Assembly (NCBI GenBank): GCA_963575745.1
Contig: CAUYUJ010000225.1
Location: 310,001-374,000 of the forward strand
Origin: Prorocentrum cordatum
Taxonomy: Eukaryota
Length of the DNA stretch: 64,000 nucleotides
Direction: 5' to 3'
In this document: in pieces, positions 36,587 to 54,375 of the stretch
Layout: each line of letters begins with the position of its first letter
How positions within the stretch are numbered: the stretch's first letter is position 1
Translations under genes and position numbers: made by a program
Notes under the pieces: model-generated
What the model was told of the DNA's origin: nothing
What the model saw: the letters and a program-made list of their open reading frames with translations, nothing else
Database searches by the model: none

Positions 36587-36910
36587 CCATCACCTTATCA
36601 TCATCAGCATCAACAGTATCATCAGCATCGTCGTCGTGATCACCACCACCACCATCGTCATAATCAGCATTACCATCATCAGCATCATCACCATCAGCAT
36701 CAGCAGCAGCAGCAACAACATTATCATAATCGTCGTCGTCATCAGCACAATCATCAGCATGATCATTAGCATCACCATCATTATCATCATCAGCCGCATC
36801 ATCGCCAGCATCATCATCATCAGCATCACCGTCATTGTCATCGAATTCGTCATCGTCACCACTAACAGCATCATCCTCAACAGCATCACCATCATCGTCA
36901 GCATCGGAAG
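36445..36910 (+). repeat. Compound (CAT)n microsatellite flanked by (CCT)n
   Basis: Direct reading. Confidence 0.95.
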
Positions 36911-37242
36911 TATCATCCTTACTCCTACACCTGATCCCTCCTCCGGCGCATCCTCCGCCCTCATCCTCGACCATCCTCCTCCTCCTCCCCACCCTACGTT
37001 TTCATCCTCATTCTCCCCCCTCCTCCTCCTCCTCCTCCTCCTCCTCCTCCTCCTCCTCCTCCTCGTCATCATCAACTTCAGCCTTACGAGAGTGTGCGAA
37101 ACAACTGACAGCTCCCTCGCCACGGAACCACGGGGGAGCCTCGGGGCACAGTGACAGGGGCCTCCCTTTTTTCCTCGCGGGCGGCACGGCCAGCTGTATT
37201 TATCTCAAGCGTTGTGCCCCAGCATCCATAGAGGAAGCTGCT

Positions 37243-37446
37243 TGGGAGGCCTGGAAATGGGCACCAACACCAAGACAGAGGGCTGCCTCCACAGGGGGGA
37301 GGTGATCCTAGATTTCGGTGTTGGTGGTAATGTTTCGGCCACCTTGGAAGCCAGAATATTACCACCATCACCGAGATCGGGATCTTCTTCCCTCGGTGGA
37401 GGAATACCGCCGATCCTGGTGTTGGTGTCGACCTCTAGGCCTGCGA
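37243..37446. mobile_element. 204-bp palindromic MITE inserted in terminal repeat B2, with a CTGCT target-site duplication
   Basis: B1 reads GAAG-CTGCT-CAAAC; B2 reads GAAG-CTGCT-[insert]-CTGCT-CAAAC. The insert is self-complementary along its length (CACCAACACCA/TGGTGTTGGTG; TCGGTGTTGGTGGTAAT/ATTACCACCATCACCGA). Confidence 0.85.
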
Positions 37447-37836
37447 CTGCTCAAACAACTCACTGAATTCTGGAGCGAAGCTCCACTCCACGAAAAAAAC
37501 GGAACAGCGCAAAGGGAGGAGGCTGGAAGCCACACGCGCCACGGAAGCAGGCTGAAGCAAAACGTGCACGCACGAGTAGCCTTTGCCTTACGAGCGTGTG
37601 AGACAACTGTCAGCACTCTCGCCACGGAACCGCGGGAAACCTCGGGGCACAGTGACAGGGACCTCCTATTTCACACGGGCGGTGCGGCCAGTTGTATTGT
37701 CTCAAGCGTTGTGCCCCAGCGTCCACAGAGGAAGCTGCTCAAACAACTCAAAGAATTCTGAAGCGAAGCTCCGCTCCACTCGCGCAAACAATTATATATT
37801 GGGGTGGTGGTGGGACCTTCTCCCTAAAAAAAGCAC

Positions 37837-38575
37837 TCACGACAGCACAGCAGCAAAGGATGTAGACCCGAAGCATTCGATGCCGTTGACAAAGGCACTG
37901 GCTAGGGCTCTGGAAAAACGCTTTGGATGCTCCTCGGCCGCTCGAGTCCTAAAACGTCAATTCTCGTCTTTGCTCGATAAAGAGACGTGCTGCTGTTTCG
38001 TTCTGGAGCACCTTCCCTTGCAGAGCTTGCACCTACGGCCTAGAGACTCAAAGGGCAAAAAGCTAGCTACTAAACGAATCAGCCTCATCCAGGGCACGCC
38101 CCATTGACAGAAATCAGTTCGCACGTCACGTTTTCTTGCGCCTTCGTAAGTGAGCCATTTGAGGAGCCTCTTTTTTATGTTTATTGTTTTACGTAGCGAC
38201 GCCACCTGCGCGATACTCACCGTGCTTTTCATTGTTTTGCTGCCGAGCTCAATCTTCCAGGGTTCTCCTTCGTTCCGCAACACCGGAAACCCACGCATGT
38301 TTTCAAGATTCCGAAGAGGCTGCGGACCGCTGGGTCTAGCACAAGCCCGCGACCAGGACGCGCAGGGAGCCCCAAAGTGCATGCCCAGAACGTATCCAGA
38401 CATCACCCAGCCTCTGATGCATCTTACTAAGGTTCGCTTACACATATCGTGCTTGACTCCATGACGAATGCCGATGGCACTTGCAAGGTCGCCGAAATCG
38501 TGACATCTCTCGCGACAGTCTGGCTGTCCCCGAAAAGATCTCAAGCAAGAGCGGCACCATCAAATCACGCATAGG
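37837..38575 (-). pseudogene. Cytosine-5 DNA methyltransferase-like domain of the retrotransposon (disrupted)
   Basis: LLEIFSGTARLSR (motif I-like, ~38510-38550), frameshift, MHFGAPCASWSRA (PC motif IV-like), DFCQWGVPW, Cys/His cluster RCKLCKGRCSRTKQQHVSL, in-frame stop at 37957, then TRAAEEHPKRFSRALASAF. No ENV/ENP-like motif VI is visible. Confidence 0.7.
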
Positions 38576-38628
38576 CCAGTTGGCGCCTGCAGCGGCGCGG
38601 CAGCATTCAGCAGGATCCTCGGCACAGC

Positions 38629-39250
38629 CTACAAACACCTGCCGGCGTACCCCCTCACTAGCACAGAACACCGACATAAGAGCTCGTTGCCGAGGCCGAT
38701 CGCTTCCTCCCGGCCGGAGTCGCGCACGCTCTGCGTCACATTCTCCTTCAGCTCCACAGCGCGGATACTGCGCAGACGCAAGAGGGCCGCGGCCGCGGCG
38801 GGCCAGGCCATCTCGACGGCCTCCTCGAACTTGCCGACCTTCCAGCTCACTCTGAGCGCGAACGGGTGCAGAAGGACTATGGCTGTGACTCCTGCGCCGC
38901 TCGCGACGACGGGCGGGTGGCCCTTTCCCCAGGTTGTCCTCGACTCGCTGACCTGCCTGCCCGCGGTCGAGAACGCCCGCGCTAGTGCGGCCAATAGCCT
39001 GCCGCCCCCGCTGCCCGCCACGCTCTCGACGAACTCCTCGTTGAGGTGCTCGGCGACCGCGAGGTCCAGCTCTGGGGTGCGCATCTGGCCGAGGAACCGC
39101 GCGAGCTCGCCCTGCGTCCGATCGAGCTGGGCCACGCCGACGTCGCGCGCTACAGGCGCGCTCGGTCGGCGAGCCAGCCGCGCCAGTCGACGAAGATACG
39201 ACCACCGCGCCGGCGCCTTCACCGCAATGGTTTCCGGCATAGCGCGCCCC
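38629..39250 (-). pseudogene. Tyrosine recombinase remnant with internal deletions
   Basis: ELDLAVAEHLNEEFVESVAGSGGGRLLAAL resembles the N-terminal binding domain; IVLLHPFALRVSWKVGKFEEAVEM resembles the catalytic-Lys hairpin. It lies directly after RNase H. No HxxR or Tyr box is recognisable. Confidence 0.55.
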
Positions 39251-39544
39251 GGCAGCGCTCGCGCACCTCCGTGAGCGCCCTGACAGCCCCGAACCCGCCG
39301 TCGCACATGATCGGGAACTCCCACGGGCACTTGACGTCGTCGGCCCAGGCGCGCTGCCGGCTGCGGCGCAGGCTCGACCACGTTCGTTTGCAGTGCTGCC
39401 TGCAGCCGGGGGCGACCCCGCATCCAGGCGCTTCCAGCCGACCTGCGACGCCACTCAGAGAGAGCACTCCCCCCTCGCGAGCTGCCCCGCCCCCTGCGAT
39501 AGCTGCCTCCAGAGGCCTCCGGACAGGCACGGCGCAGCCCGCGG

Positions 39545-41778
39545 CGGGAGGGCTCGTCAGCAGCGTCCTTCTCACTCGGTGCCCACCGCGAACACAGCTG
39601 GGCATCCCATAAGAGAAGGATGGCCGCCAACTGGCTCTCGACACGACGCCGGCCTGGCGCGCTGGGCCCCCCTTTTTGGACCGAAAGCAACGCGCCCATC
39701 GAATTGGTCAAAGCCACCGCCCGCGCATCGACATACTGACGGACCTTCGCAATCTCCCCGACGACCCCGACCAGAGTTCGACCTTCAAGACAAGCGGTGC
39801 GTTCATTGCGCCCCCACGCCTCACTGCACTCAGCATGCCACTTTGCAGGCGGCAGACTAGCGTGAAGCCCGGGAACAGGGGGCGCCCCGCGTTCGACCAG
39901 TCCAACGTTCATCTCCATCTCCCCCTTCCTCCTGTAATCCTTCAAGCAGAACGTCTCGGGGGGTTGCCCGACTTCCCCCCGGGAAATGCCGCCCATCGGA
40001 GCATCTGCCAGCCTCGTCCAGCACCTCTGCGAGCGGACGAGCAGCGCAAATCCCAGGACCCCACGGAGACGCATCACAAGCGTATGATTTAGGTCCCCAT
40101 GGTTTGGTGAGGTCGCGCTCCAATAACGGAAGCAACGCCCGAGCCCACCGCAGTTCCCCCAACGCGGCAGGCCACGCATTACTCGGGCGATCTGGGTTCT
40201 TCTCGATGAACACGTACACGGCGCGAAAGCAGGACAGCAACTCCAAACGAAGAATCGCCTGGCGGGCGACGTGGCCCAAGGCATTGCGAAGCGACCTCCC
40301 CGAGCACATCCGCCTCCTGAGAAGAAACTCCAACGCGAGCCACACCTTCCACCTCCTCTCCTGCCGCGGTAGCATCCGCCCTTCTCCTGAATCGCTGAGA
40401 CCGAGAAGATCTCCCCCGACTGCGACGACATCGACCTCATGAGCTTCCAATACCACGGCCCGAACTGCTTCCAGTGACCCGGTAGTGATCTCACGACACA
40501 TCATGTGAACTCGAGAAAACTCAGACATTGTCGACATACACTGAGACGCAACCATCTTCCAGGCCCCCAGTCGGCCTGTGACCCTGTAACAGATCGGAGC
40601 TGGAAAACACCTGACCCAGGATCCTCTCGTGCATCGGCTGACACCGATGCAGCAAGTGCGCCCAGCCCATTGGCATGGCAGAAAGCCGAGGTCGGGCAAT
40701 GCCACCGGTGCGCTCGATATCGGAGCAGCTTCTTCATCCATTTCGCCTTGATGAGGGGGTGGATGGAAAAATGAGCATTTCGGGGGGTGTTCCGAACTGA
40801 AAGAAGGCATCCTTTGAACCGTACTGACCTACATACAGCTGCTCTCCGGCATCAAGTCGCGAACGAGACAAGCCTCCAGCCGTCGGAAGCTCGACGTGGT
40901 CGCAGCTTGAGAATAAGCAATTCGACTGCCGGCAGTCGGCAATAAGACGCTGGGCGCCACTTTTCTTGCGCACAGTAATAAGGCCCACGAAGGCGACGCC
41001 CTCCCCCTGCACAAACTCTACCATGTTCCGTAGGAAACAACATCTCCAACACCGACGCAGATCGACGAGCAGACCTGGGCAAGCCAGGATCATGGCATAT
41101 CTTCATCCCGCTCGCCTCAAGCCGCCGCGAGCCCACTGAGTTTGGCAACGCGCGCTCGCTCACCCACCCTTAGACTTCCTCGCGCCCACTCGGGCCCAAC
41201 AGTTGGCGCACGTCAATGAGGGCCGCCCCTCCTGGCCGAAGCGAGGGCAGAGACTCGCCCAAGGGAACTGCTGGACTCGAAAAAGCCTCGGCCGGCTGAT
41301 GCTCGAAAAAGCTTCGGCCGGCTGGCGCTGGGGAGAGCCAGAGACACCCCCCGCTGATACTCGAAAAAGCCTCGGCCAGCTGAGCATCCGCAGGGGGAAC
41401 TCCCATCCTGCTGCAACATTCACGGAGGTGCCCAGCCCTGTCCCCGCCTATAAAATCAGAGGAGTTGGCAGGAGCCTCGGGAGCGCCACCTAGATACATC
41501 TCAGACAGAACCCAGGCCGCATCCGAACTGAGCCTATTCAACAACTGCTCTGGCGAGTCTGGAAGACTGCTCAGCCCTGGGGGCCTAACAGCACAGATCG
41601 GATACATTTTCTCCGACGCCGTCACCCGAGTAGTTAAATCGCTGCCATTTGCCGCCAGCGTTGTTAGTAGCCGACCTGGCGCGCATCTTGAATGAGCCGC
41701 CTCATCAAGAGGCAGCGGGCCTCTCTGCGTTGCCCGCTGCCGAGGGGGGCCATCCCCTGCAGCCGCGTGCGGGCTCAT
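39545..41778 (-). pseudogene. DIRS-type reverse transcriptase and RNase H (disrupted)
   Basis: VGLITVRKKSGAQRLIADCRQSN, SKDAFFQF, MPMGWAH (~40660), SVYVDNV (~40530), SYACDASPWG, LEGRTL, ALTNSMG and RWAPSEKDAADEPSR. Confidence 0.88.
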
Positions 41779-41837
41779 GACTTCCCACCCCCACCACGTC
41801 CACCTCCTCCGCCTGGGGGCTGGCGGATAAGGGCTCG

Positions 41838-43404
41838 TTATTATCGTGATTTCTTGGCTTGTTTCTGGATCAGCGATTCCTCTTCCAGCTCTTTACTGAC
41901 ATGCTCCACCAGATCTGGCGAGCAGCAGACGGTAGAGTTCACATGTTGGCGCCCCTCAAACAGATCCATCTTATCGCTCGTAATCGCGGGAGGCCCCGCG
42001 ACCGAAGAAACCGCGCCAGCAGATCCTCCTAGCTCCCCATCTCGGACCTTCTCAGGATACTGATATTCAATAGACTGCAGTTGGCGAGCTATCTTCTCAA
42101 TCGCGACAAGGTTTGACAAGTCAAGCTGATCGACACAGCCTGCTGACTCCAAAAATCCGCAGAGTCGAGCGTGTTCGGCAATCCCCCAATCAGCTGCATT
42201 CAATCTCGCCGTTGACCGCCACCACCTATGATGATATATGATGTTCTGAACCTGTGTTACGACGAGCCATGAAGCGAGCCACCCAAGTAGCATTTCTTGG
42301 CCCGTCGATAAGCCAATAGTCGATCGCGCTCACGTTCAAGCTCCCGGCCACACTGTTCCAAGGTCGCTGACGCTCTCTGGTAGGCGAATACTTCACCGGC
42401 AGGACACGAGCATCGCTGGCATCAGCATCTTCCCTCCGCCAAGCATCTGCCCTCGCCCGAGGCACCTTCTCCACCGCAAGCAGATCAGGACCGACGCGAG
42501 CAAGAGCAAGTTTACGATGACCAACACTAGCATCAGGCTGGCCAGCGCACTCGTCACCCGCTGCGATCGTGGCGCTGCTCTCGGTGCAAAGCCAGACCTC
42601 TGGCTCCGCTGCCGCAGGCTGCACGCCTCCGACCGCTAACGCCACAAGGTCCTGAGCCTCCTCCACCAGCCCCTGCAACACGCCTCCAGCTGGCTCAGCA
42701 CCCCGCCTGAAGTTGTACACGTTGGCACTCTGCATGCTGGCTGGGATGCTGCCGTCGGGACGAAAGGTTCGCACCCCTGTGATGTCACCGTTGTTCGGCC
42801 CGTGGTCCTCTTCGTAGAGGTCCCCGTCGGGAGTGTAGATCACCCAGCGAGTATCGCCTACGCTGGCCAGAAGCAGCACAGCGTGCCACAGGTCATCGTC
42901 GTAGCGGACCAGCACCTTACGTCCTGGAGCCAACGACGAGGACACCACCGCTGGCGCCGCCGCCGCGGCTGGGGCGCCCCCACCAGAGCCTGCGCCATTG
43001 CCTATGAACAGCTGCGGCGGCTCGCGACATCTCGCGCTCCTCCTGCCCAGCAGCAAGCCGATCACCAGCGCGACCAGCACCAGCCCGAGCTGCACCTCCA
43101 GCCTGAAGGTGAACGTCGAACCAGTTCCTGTCGCACACTCTGGCCCCTGAAGCTGCTGCGCAACCAGGCGCTCGAGTGCCGCACACTCCGCCGCCTCGCC
43201 TGACCCTATGCACTGGCACACGCAAGGTGGACAACTGTCTTGTGGCGCCGCCGGAATGTCAATCAGACTGTGCAGACCGAAAAGAGCATTTTGGTCAGCA
43301 TTTAGAACAACAAGGGGTCCACCTGCATGCGGACCAGGGAGCCCTTCCGAGCCACACACGCTACGGAAGCAGACTGAAGCAAGACGTGCACGCACTAGTA
43401 CCAT
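41838..43404 (-). pseudogene. gag-like ORF of the YR retrotransposon (frameshift near 42230-42290)
   Basis: 392-aa plus 150-aa ORFs with VLVRYDDDLWHAVLLL, WVIYTPDGDLYEED, DARVLPV, WLIDGPR and DQLDLSNLVAIEKIARQLQSIE. It lies between A1 and the RT. Confidence 0.75.
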
Positions 43405-46400
43405 CTACATCATCAGCATCAGCAACATCAGCAGAATCCGCAGCATCATCATTCTCATCAGCATCATCAGCATCCCTCCTCAAAATTTATGTTTGTCATG
43501 CTTATCCCTGCTCCTCCTCCACCTCCTCCTCCTCCTCGTCCATCCCTGTCGCACACCCAGACGTGTTGGTAGGGCCGGCTGGGCGTTTCGCTTCAGGCTT
43601 GCTCATCATGTAAGTTCCTGGCGCCTGAAATGTGCGGGTCACTTTCAAAATGTGGCTCTCGCCCTAGCGCTGCGCACATTCGAGCTAAAGAGCTGCAACA
43701 GCTTCAGGGAGGGAGGGGGCCGTTTTCAACACGGGGCCTACCATGCGAAGGAATGGCGTATTCCAGGAAGGGAAGGGCGTATTCCAGCATCGCTGGTGAG
43801 TCACGGGCTTACTACGCTTCTCCTCCTCCTCCTCCTCCTCCTCCTCCTCCTCATCATCATCATCACCACAACCATCATCAGTGCTTGCGCCGAAGAAGGG
43901 CGAGAAGTGCCGCGGGGCAGCCTGCAAGCACCCTCCACCTCATTGGAGGCCACTTCTCCTCCTTTTTGTCATGACTGGGGCCTTGGGGTTCCCGCTGATG
44001 CCCCTCCTCCGCCTCTGCCCCAGCCGTTGACGCTTATTGCGGGAAAAAAACAAAAGCGGTCCACAATCGGGAATATGCAGAGGGCAAGTGGATGTGCACA
44101 GCATGTAAGGATCAGGCTGGATCGTCGACCCATCAGATAGCCCGAGCTTGGCCGAAGACCCTAGGGGCCATAACCTAGTTGGGCTCAGAGTATCCAGATA
44201 ATTGAAGCGTCCTCATATTGTGCAAGATCTGCTGCTCTTGCACGAGCCTCGGCTCCAGAGGCCTGAAAAGGAGCCTGCAATACTTTCACTCTCAGCAGCG
44301 GCGCCGCTTCTCAGATGTCTAGGGCGTTGAAGCTTCAACACCCCAAGTGAGTCAAGCATTATCCAGTGATTTCCAAGCCGCCAATTCCCTTGGCTCAGTT
44401 TTGCAAGCAACCCGTGGGACAGCTTTCCGACGCCCGCGCTTTATTTATATGCTACCTCAGCGTCGCAGGCGCCCGGTACCTTCTTGTCGCCGCGCTGGGC
44501 AATCGCGGTGGATCGCCAGACTCTTCCGATAGCCGAATGGTCCTCCTCCATCCCACCCCTCCCTGTAGCACGCCGAGGCCGGTCGAAAGGGCGGGCTGGG
44601 CGTTTCGCCTGACTCCTCCTCACCATTTACGATGCTGAAATCTGAACTTTGCAAGGATCGTGCGGATGGAGGGCGGGCCGTTTTCAACATGTGGCTCTCG
44701 CCGTAGAGCCGCGTACGTGCGTGCTACAAATGTGCAAGAGCTTCACGGTTGGAGGGCACCCCATATTAAAGATATGGCTCTCGCCTCAGAGCTGCGCACA
44801 CTCGTCGTAATCGTTTGCAGCAACTTCACACATGTAGGGCAGCCCTTGTTTTTGTTGAAAAAAAACTATCGCCTTAGCGCGACGTTCATTCGTCTTAACC
44901 ACCGTTGCCCACAGTTTCAAGGATACAGAACAGTCCCTTCTCAAAATTGTGCTCTCGCTTTAACGCCGCGCACATTCGTCTTACGAGTTTCCAGCAACTT
45001 CGAAGGATTATCAGGCATAACGTCCCAAAGCCAGTGTCTTGGCACGATGTCGGAATGTCGGGGCGTAACAGTCACGTTGATTCGCGGTGTTGAAGTTCCA
45101 GGAATGGGACAGTTCTGGCACAGTTCTGGCTTTTCAAACGGTTGCCTTCGAACGCGGCACTTCTCTCAGTGAGAATGAATCCTTGTAGGAGCCTATGAAG
45201 AGGGAACTTCGAGGGAGGGTTGATTGCAATCTCGTTGTTGATTTTACACTGGTCCTCCCTCCTCCTCCTCCTCCTCCTCCTCCTATTGTTATTCCTCCTC
45301 GTCCTTCTCCTCCTCCTCCTCCTCCTCCTCGAGGCCAGGGGCGGAAGCTGTGGCGCTGGCTTTGAACCGCATGGAGGCCAGCAGGCGCTGGATGGCGACG
45401 TGGGAGGGGCACCCTGGTTTCATCATCTTGCAAAGCCTCGGGAGGGCAGGGGGGGAGAGGGCACGGGAGCGAGAGGCCAGGGCTGGAAACGACGGAAGGG
45501 AGAAGCCGGCGCTGGAGACGACAGGAAGAGAGGGGAAAGAGAAGGAGAAGGACGGGGGGGAAAGAGGAGGGAAGGAGGAAGAGGAAGAGGAGGAGAAGGA
45601 GGAGGGCTCATTGAGCCAACACGTTGCCTTTGGCCCACTGAGGAAGGATGAGAAAGATGAGGGGAGGGGAAAGGATGAGGGAGGAAAGGTAGAAGGCGCA
45701 AGAGGCGGATGTGAAGGAGGAGCATGATCAAAGAGGCCCCCGGCAGGGATGACAGAGGGAGAAGAAGAGGGGCGAGGAACCCATGACGAGACCAGGAGTG
45801 GGAGGAGGGGAAGGAGGATGGGGAAGGAGGATGACAAAAGGGAGAGCGGGGCAGGAGGAGGAGGAAGAGAAAGAGGAGGAGAGGAATGACCAGCGAGAGG
45901 GGAAGGTGCAAGAAAGAGGGAGCACCTTAGCTGCAATCTTTGACCTGTGTTGACGGGGGTGAGGGCTTGGCATCAGTGGCCCCACATGTGGCCAGGGATA
46001 CCCCAATCGTCCAAACCACCCACCCACCAAGGAGCACGGGGACCGGGAGTCCCATGCGAGGCCTGAACCCAGGACTGTCGCCGGCTGCAGCTCGGCAGGC
46101 TGGGCTGGACGGAGTCCAAGGAGATTGGGACCGAGCCTGTTGCGTGGCATGCTGGCGCAAAGGGCGATCGAACGGAGTGCTATGGGTGGTGTTTCAGGGG
46201 GAAGGGGGCGTGGGGAGTCAAGACCCAGTTCTGGGCAACCCCTCGGTTCGAGAGGACTGCGACGAGGTGCGCGCTCCCCTCCCGACGATATCCCCCATCA
46301 GCACCGACCCTGCCTTCCTAAAACCGACGCGAAAGATGATCAACGAGAGGGGGAGGCGTGAGAGAGGCAGCGCCATAGCTGCAATATTTGAAATGTGGTG

Positions 46401-46654
46401 GCGAGGGTGGGTTCTTGGTATGAGGGACCCCACATCTGGGCAGGGATATCCTGATCGACCAGGCCAGCCAACGTTGAAGATAACCCCGAAGGGTCTTGAA
46501 CAGCCCCACGCAATAATGGGAAACAGCTTGATTCTCCCGCGGGCTTATTGACGGATTGGGACCCCGACAGCACTTGGGAATAAATCTTCCCCCGCGGCCG
46601 CCACCGCACGGGCCTCCGCTAGAGACGTCGCCGCCGCCGACGTTGTCATCCCTC

Positions 46655-52020
<5,366 letters not shown>

Positions 52021-52539
52021 AAAGGTTTTGCTAGCGCCGCTACTACAAAGTCCTCCCGCGTGTGGGGTCGCCCAGAAGGCATTGTCGATGGGACAACTAA
52101 CCGCCAAACTGTGTGGAACACGGCGGTAGTATTCTCTGGCGGCGACGGCGACGAAGACGACGACGAAGAGAAGGAGGCGACGACGACGAATACGACGACG
52201 ACGAAGACGACTCGATTGGAGACGCACTGAATTCTATTGCAAGCATTTTGTGCCAACGTGATCGAAATCCCTCCCGCGTGCAGGGTAACCCAGGAGCCAT
52301 TGTCCATTGGGAGAAATTCCCCGGCTCAACGGGCCAAGGGCGTGCTAAGATCTCCGGTAACCGGTTAACAATATTCTAGTTCGCGCGCGCGGGGCCGCCC
52401 CTGGGGGTCCCCGGATGAAAAGTACACCGGGACACCCCCGGGACACCCCCGGGACACTCGGATCAGAGATGGCAGACTGGGCAATTTTTCGACACCCCTC
52501 ACGAGGATCGTGGCCCCCGAGGGGAGGGGCGCAATCGAC

Positions 52540-53175
52540 TATCCCCCCCTCCTGACCCAAGAGGTCCCCAAGACTGCCCAAGAGGCCCCCGAGACGCCCA
52601 AAGAGCGCTCCAAGACGCCGATGATGACCCCAAGACGGCCCAAGAGGCCTCCAAGTGGCCTCCAAGAGGCCTCACAAGAGGGCCCGAGAGGCCAAAATCA
52701 TCAATTTTACGACGGTTTTGGAAGAATTTTGGCCTTGTCGCCTTTTCGGCCATCCGATGCTCCAAGACGGCCCAAGAGGCCCCCAAGAGCGCCCCAAGAC
52801 GGGCCAAGAGGCTTCCAAGAGGGCCCCAAGAGGGCCCAAGAGGGCCCCGAGACGGCCCAAGAGGCGCCCAAGACGACCCAAGACGGCCCCAAGAGGGGCC
52901 CAAGAGGGGGACCACGAACCGAAAACTCGAGCCTTCCGCCCCAAGAGGGCCCCAGGAGGCCCCGAGAGGCCCCCAAGAGGCCCCCAAGAGGCCCCAAGAT
53001 GCCGCCAAGAGGCCCCCAAGAGGCCCCAGGAGGCCCCCAGGAGGCCCAAAAGAGGTCCCAAAGTTCAAAAATGCCTCCCAGGCGCCCCCGAACGGCTTCT
53101 CAAAAGATCCCAAGAGGCCTCCCAAAGAAGCATCTTGACGACGACCCTGTTTGGCCCCAAGAACACACAAGATGC
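52540..53175 (+). repeat. CCAAGAGGC-type minisatellite element, copy 2
   Basis: Degenerate (CCCAAGAGG)n containing CACGAACCGAAAACTCGAGCCTTCCGCCC, whose inverse lies at ~16222-16255. Confidence 0.85.
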
Positions 53176-54233
53176 CAACGAGAGGCTTCCTCCTCCGCCC
53201 CTTCCCCTACCTCCTCCTCCTCCTCCTCCTCCTCCTCCTCCTCCTCCTCCTACTTATCTTTATCCTCCTCCTCTCCTTCTCATCGTCTCCTCCTCCTCCC
53301 CTCTCCTTCCCCATCCTCATCTTCCTCCTCCTCGGCGGCGCCACAATAGCCCTGGGCCCACGGCGAAGCAGTAGCGATCATGCAACATGGGCCAGCGGAA
53401 TGAGCGAAGCGATTGAATTACCACCCAACTATACTCACCACGGCGAACAACATTGGGAAACTAAATCTCCAGCGGCGGCGACGACGACGAAGCCGACTCG
53501 AGGGCTCAATTGGATATGCGTCGACTTCTATTGCAAACATTGTGCGAACATGCTCGTATTCCTCCCGCACGCAGGGTCGCCCAGCAGGCATTGTCCACTG
53601 GCAGAAATAACCACCCAACGATATTCAGCACGGCGAACAACACGTAGTGGGAAAATAGTTCTCCAGCGGCGACGACGACGACGATAACACCAGATTTCGA
53701 ACTGCAGTGGCTGCGGCGGTGATTCTTCTGACCCCGCAACCCAGGCACAGCGGCGAGCCTTCTCACCCACGACTTAGGCATGACGGTGAGGCTCCTGACC
53801 CCCGACCCAGGCACGACGGCCTACTGCTTCTTCTCCTCCTTCTCCTCCTTCTTAGGGAAGCGAACTCTATACACCGACGCTTTTCCCGACACTGCGCTGA
53901 AATTCGCACATGAACGCGGATTCTGGTGTATATGGGATCCTGGTGTATGCATTTTCGCTGTTTGCCCGGGACATCGGGGAAAAATATGTACACCACACCA
54001 CCCCAGCGTCGTTCCCGACCTTCCAAAAGTCATGGGATTCTAGAAACAGCCCGCCACTGGTAATGTACACGCTCCAGCTTCCGACTTCTCCTCCTCCTCC
54101 TCCTCCTCCCTCTCCGCCTTCTCCTCGCTCTCCTCCTTCTCCTCGCTCTCCTCCTTCTCCTCCTCCTCCTCCTCCTCCTCCTCCTCGTCGTCCTCCTCCT
54201 CCTCGTCCTGGCGATCTGGTCGCACTGGGGAGG

Positions 54234-54274
<41 letters not shown>

Positions 54275-54375
54275 CAGCAGAGGCGGCGCCCCGGTCGGGC
54301 GGCGGCACGGGCGGGAAGCCTGCCGGGACGGCCTGCTGAGCGCTCCGGGGCAGCACCGCAGGCATTACAGCGGCT

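Larger units (their letters stand above)
37081..43402 (-). mobile_element. Decayed tyrosine-recombinase retrotransposon (DIRS order, Ngaro/PAT-type split direct repeats) carrying a DNMT-like domain
   Basis: Minus-strand order: A1 (~43350-43402), gag-like, RT, RNase H, YR remnant, DNMT-like, B1 (37585-37779), A2 (~37528-37580), B2 (37081-37491). Many frameshifts and stops. Confidence 0.88.
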
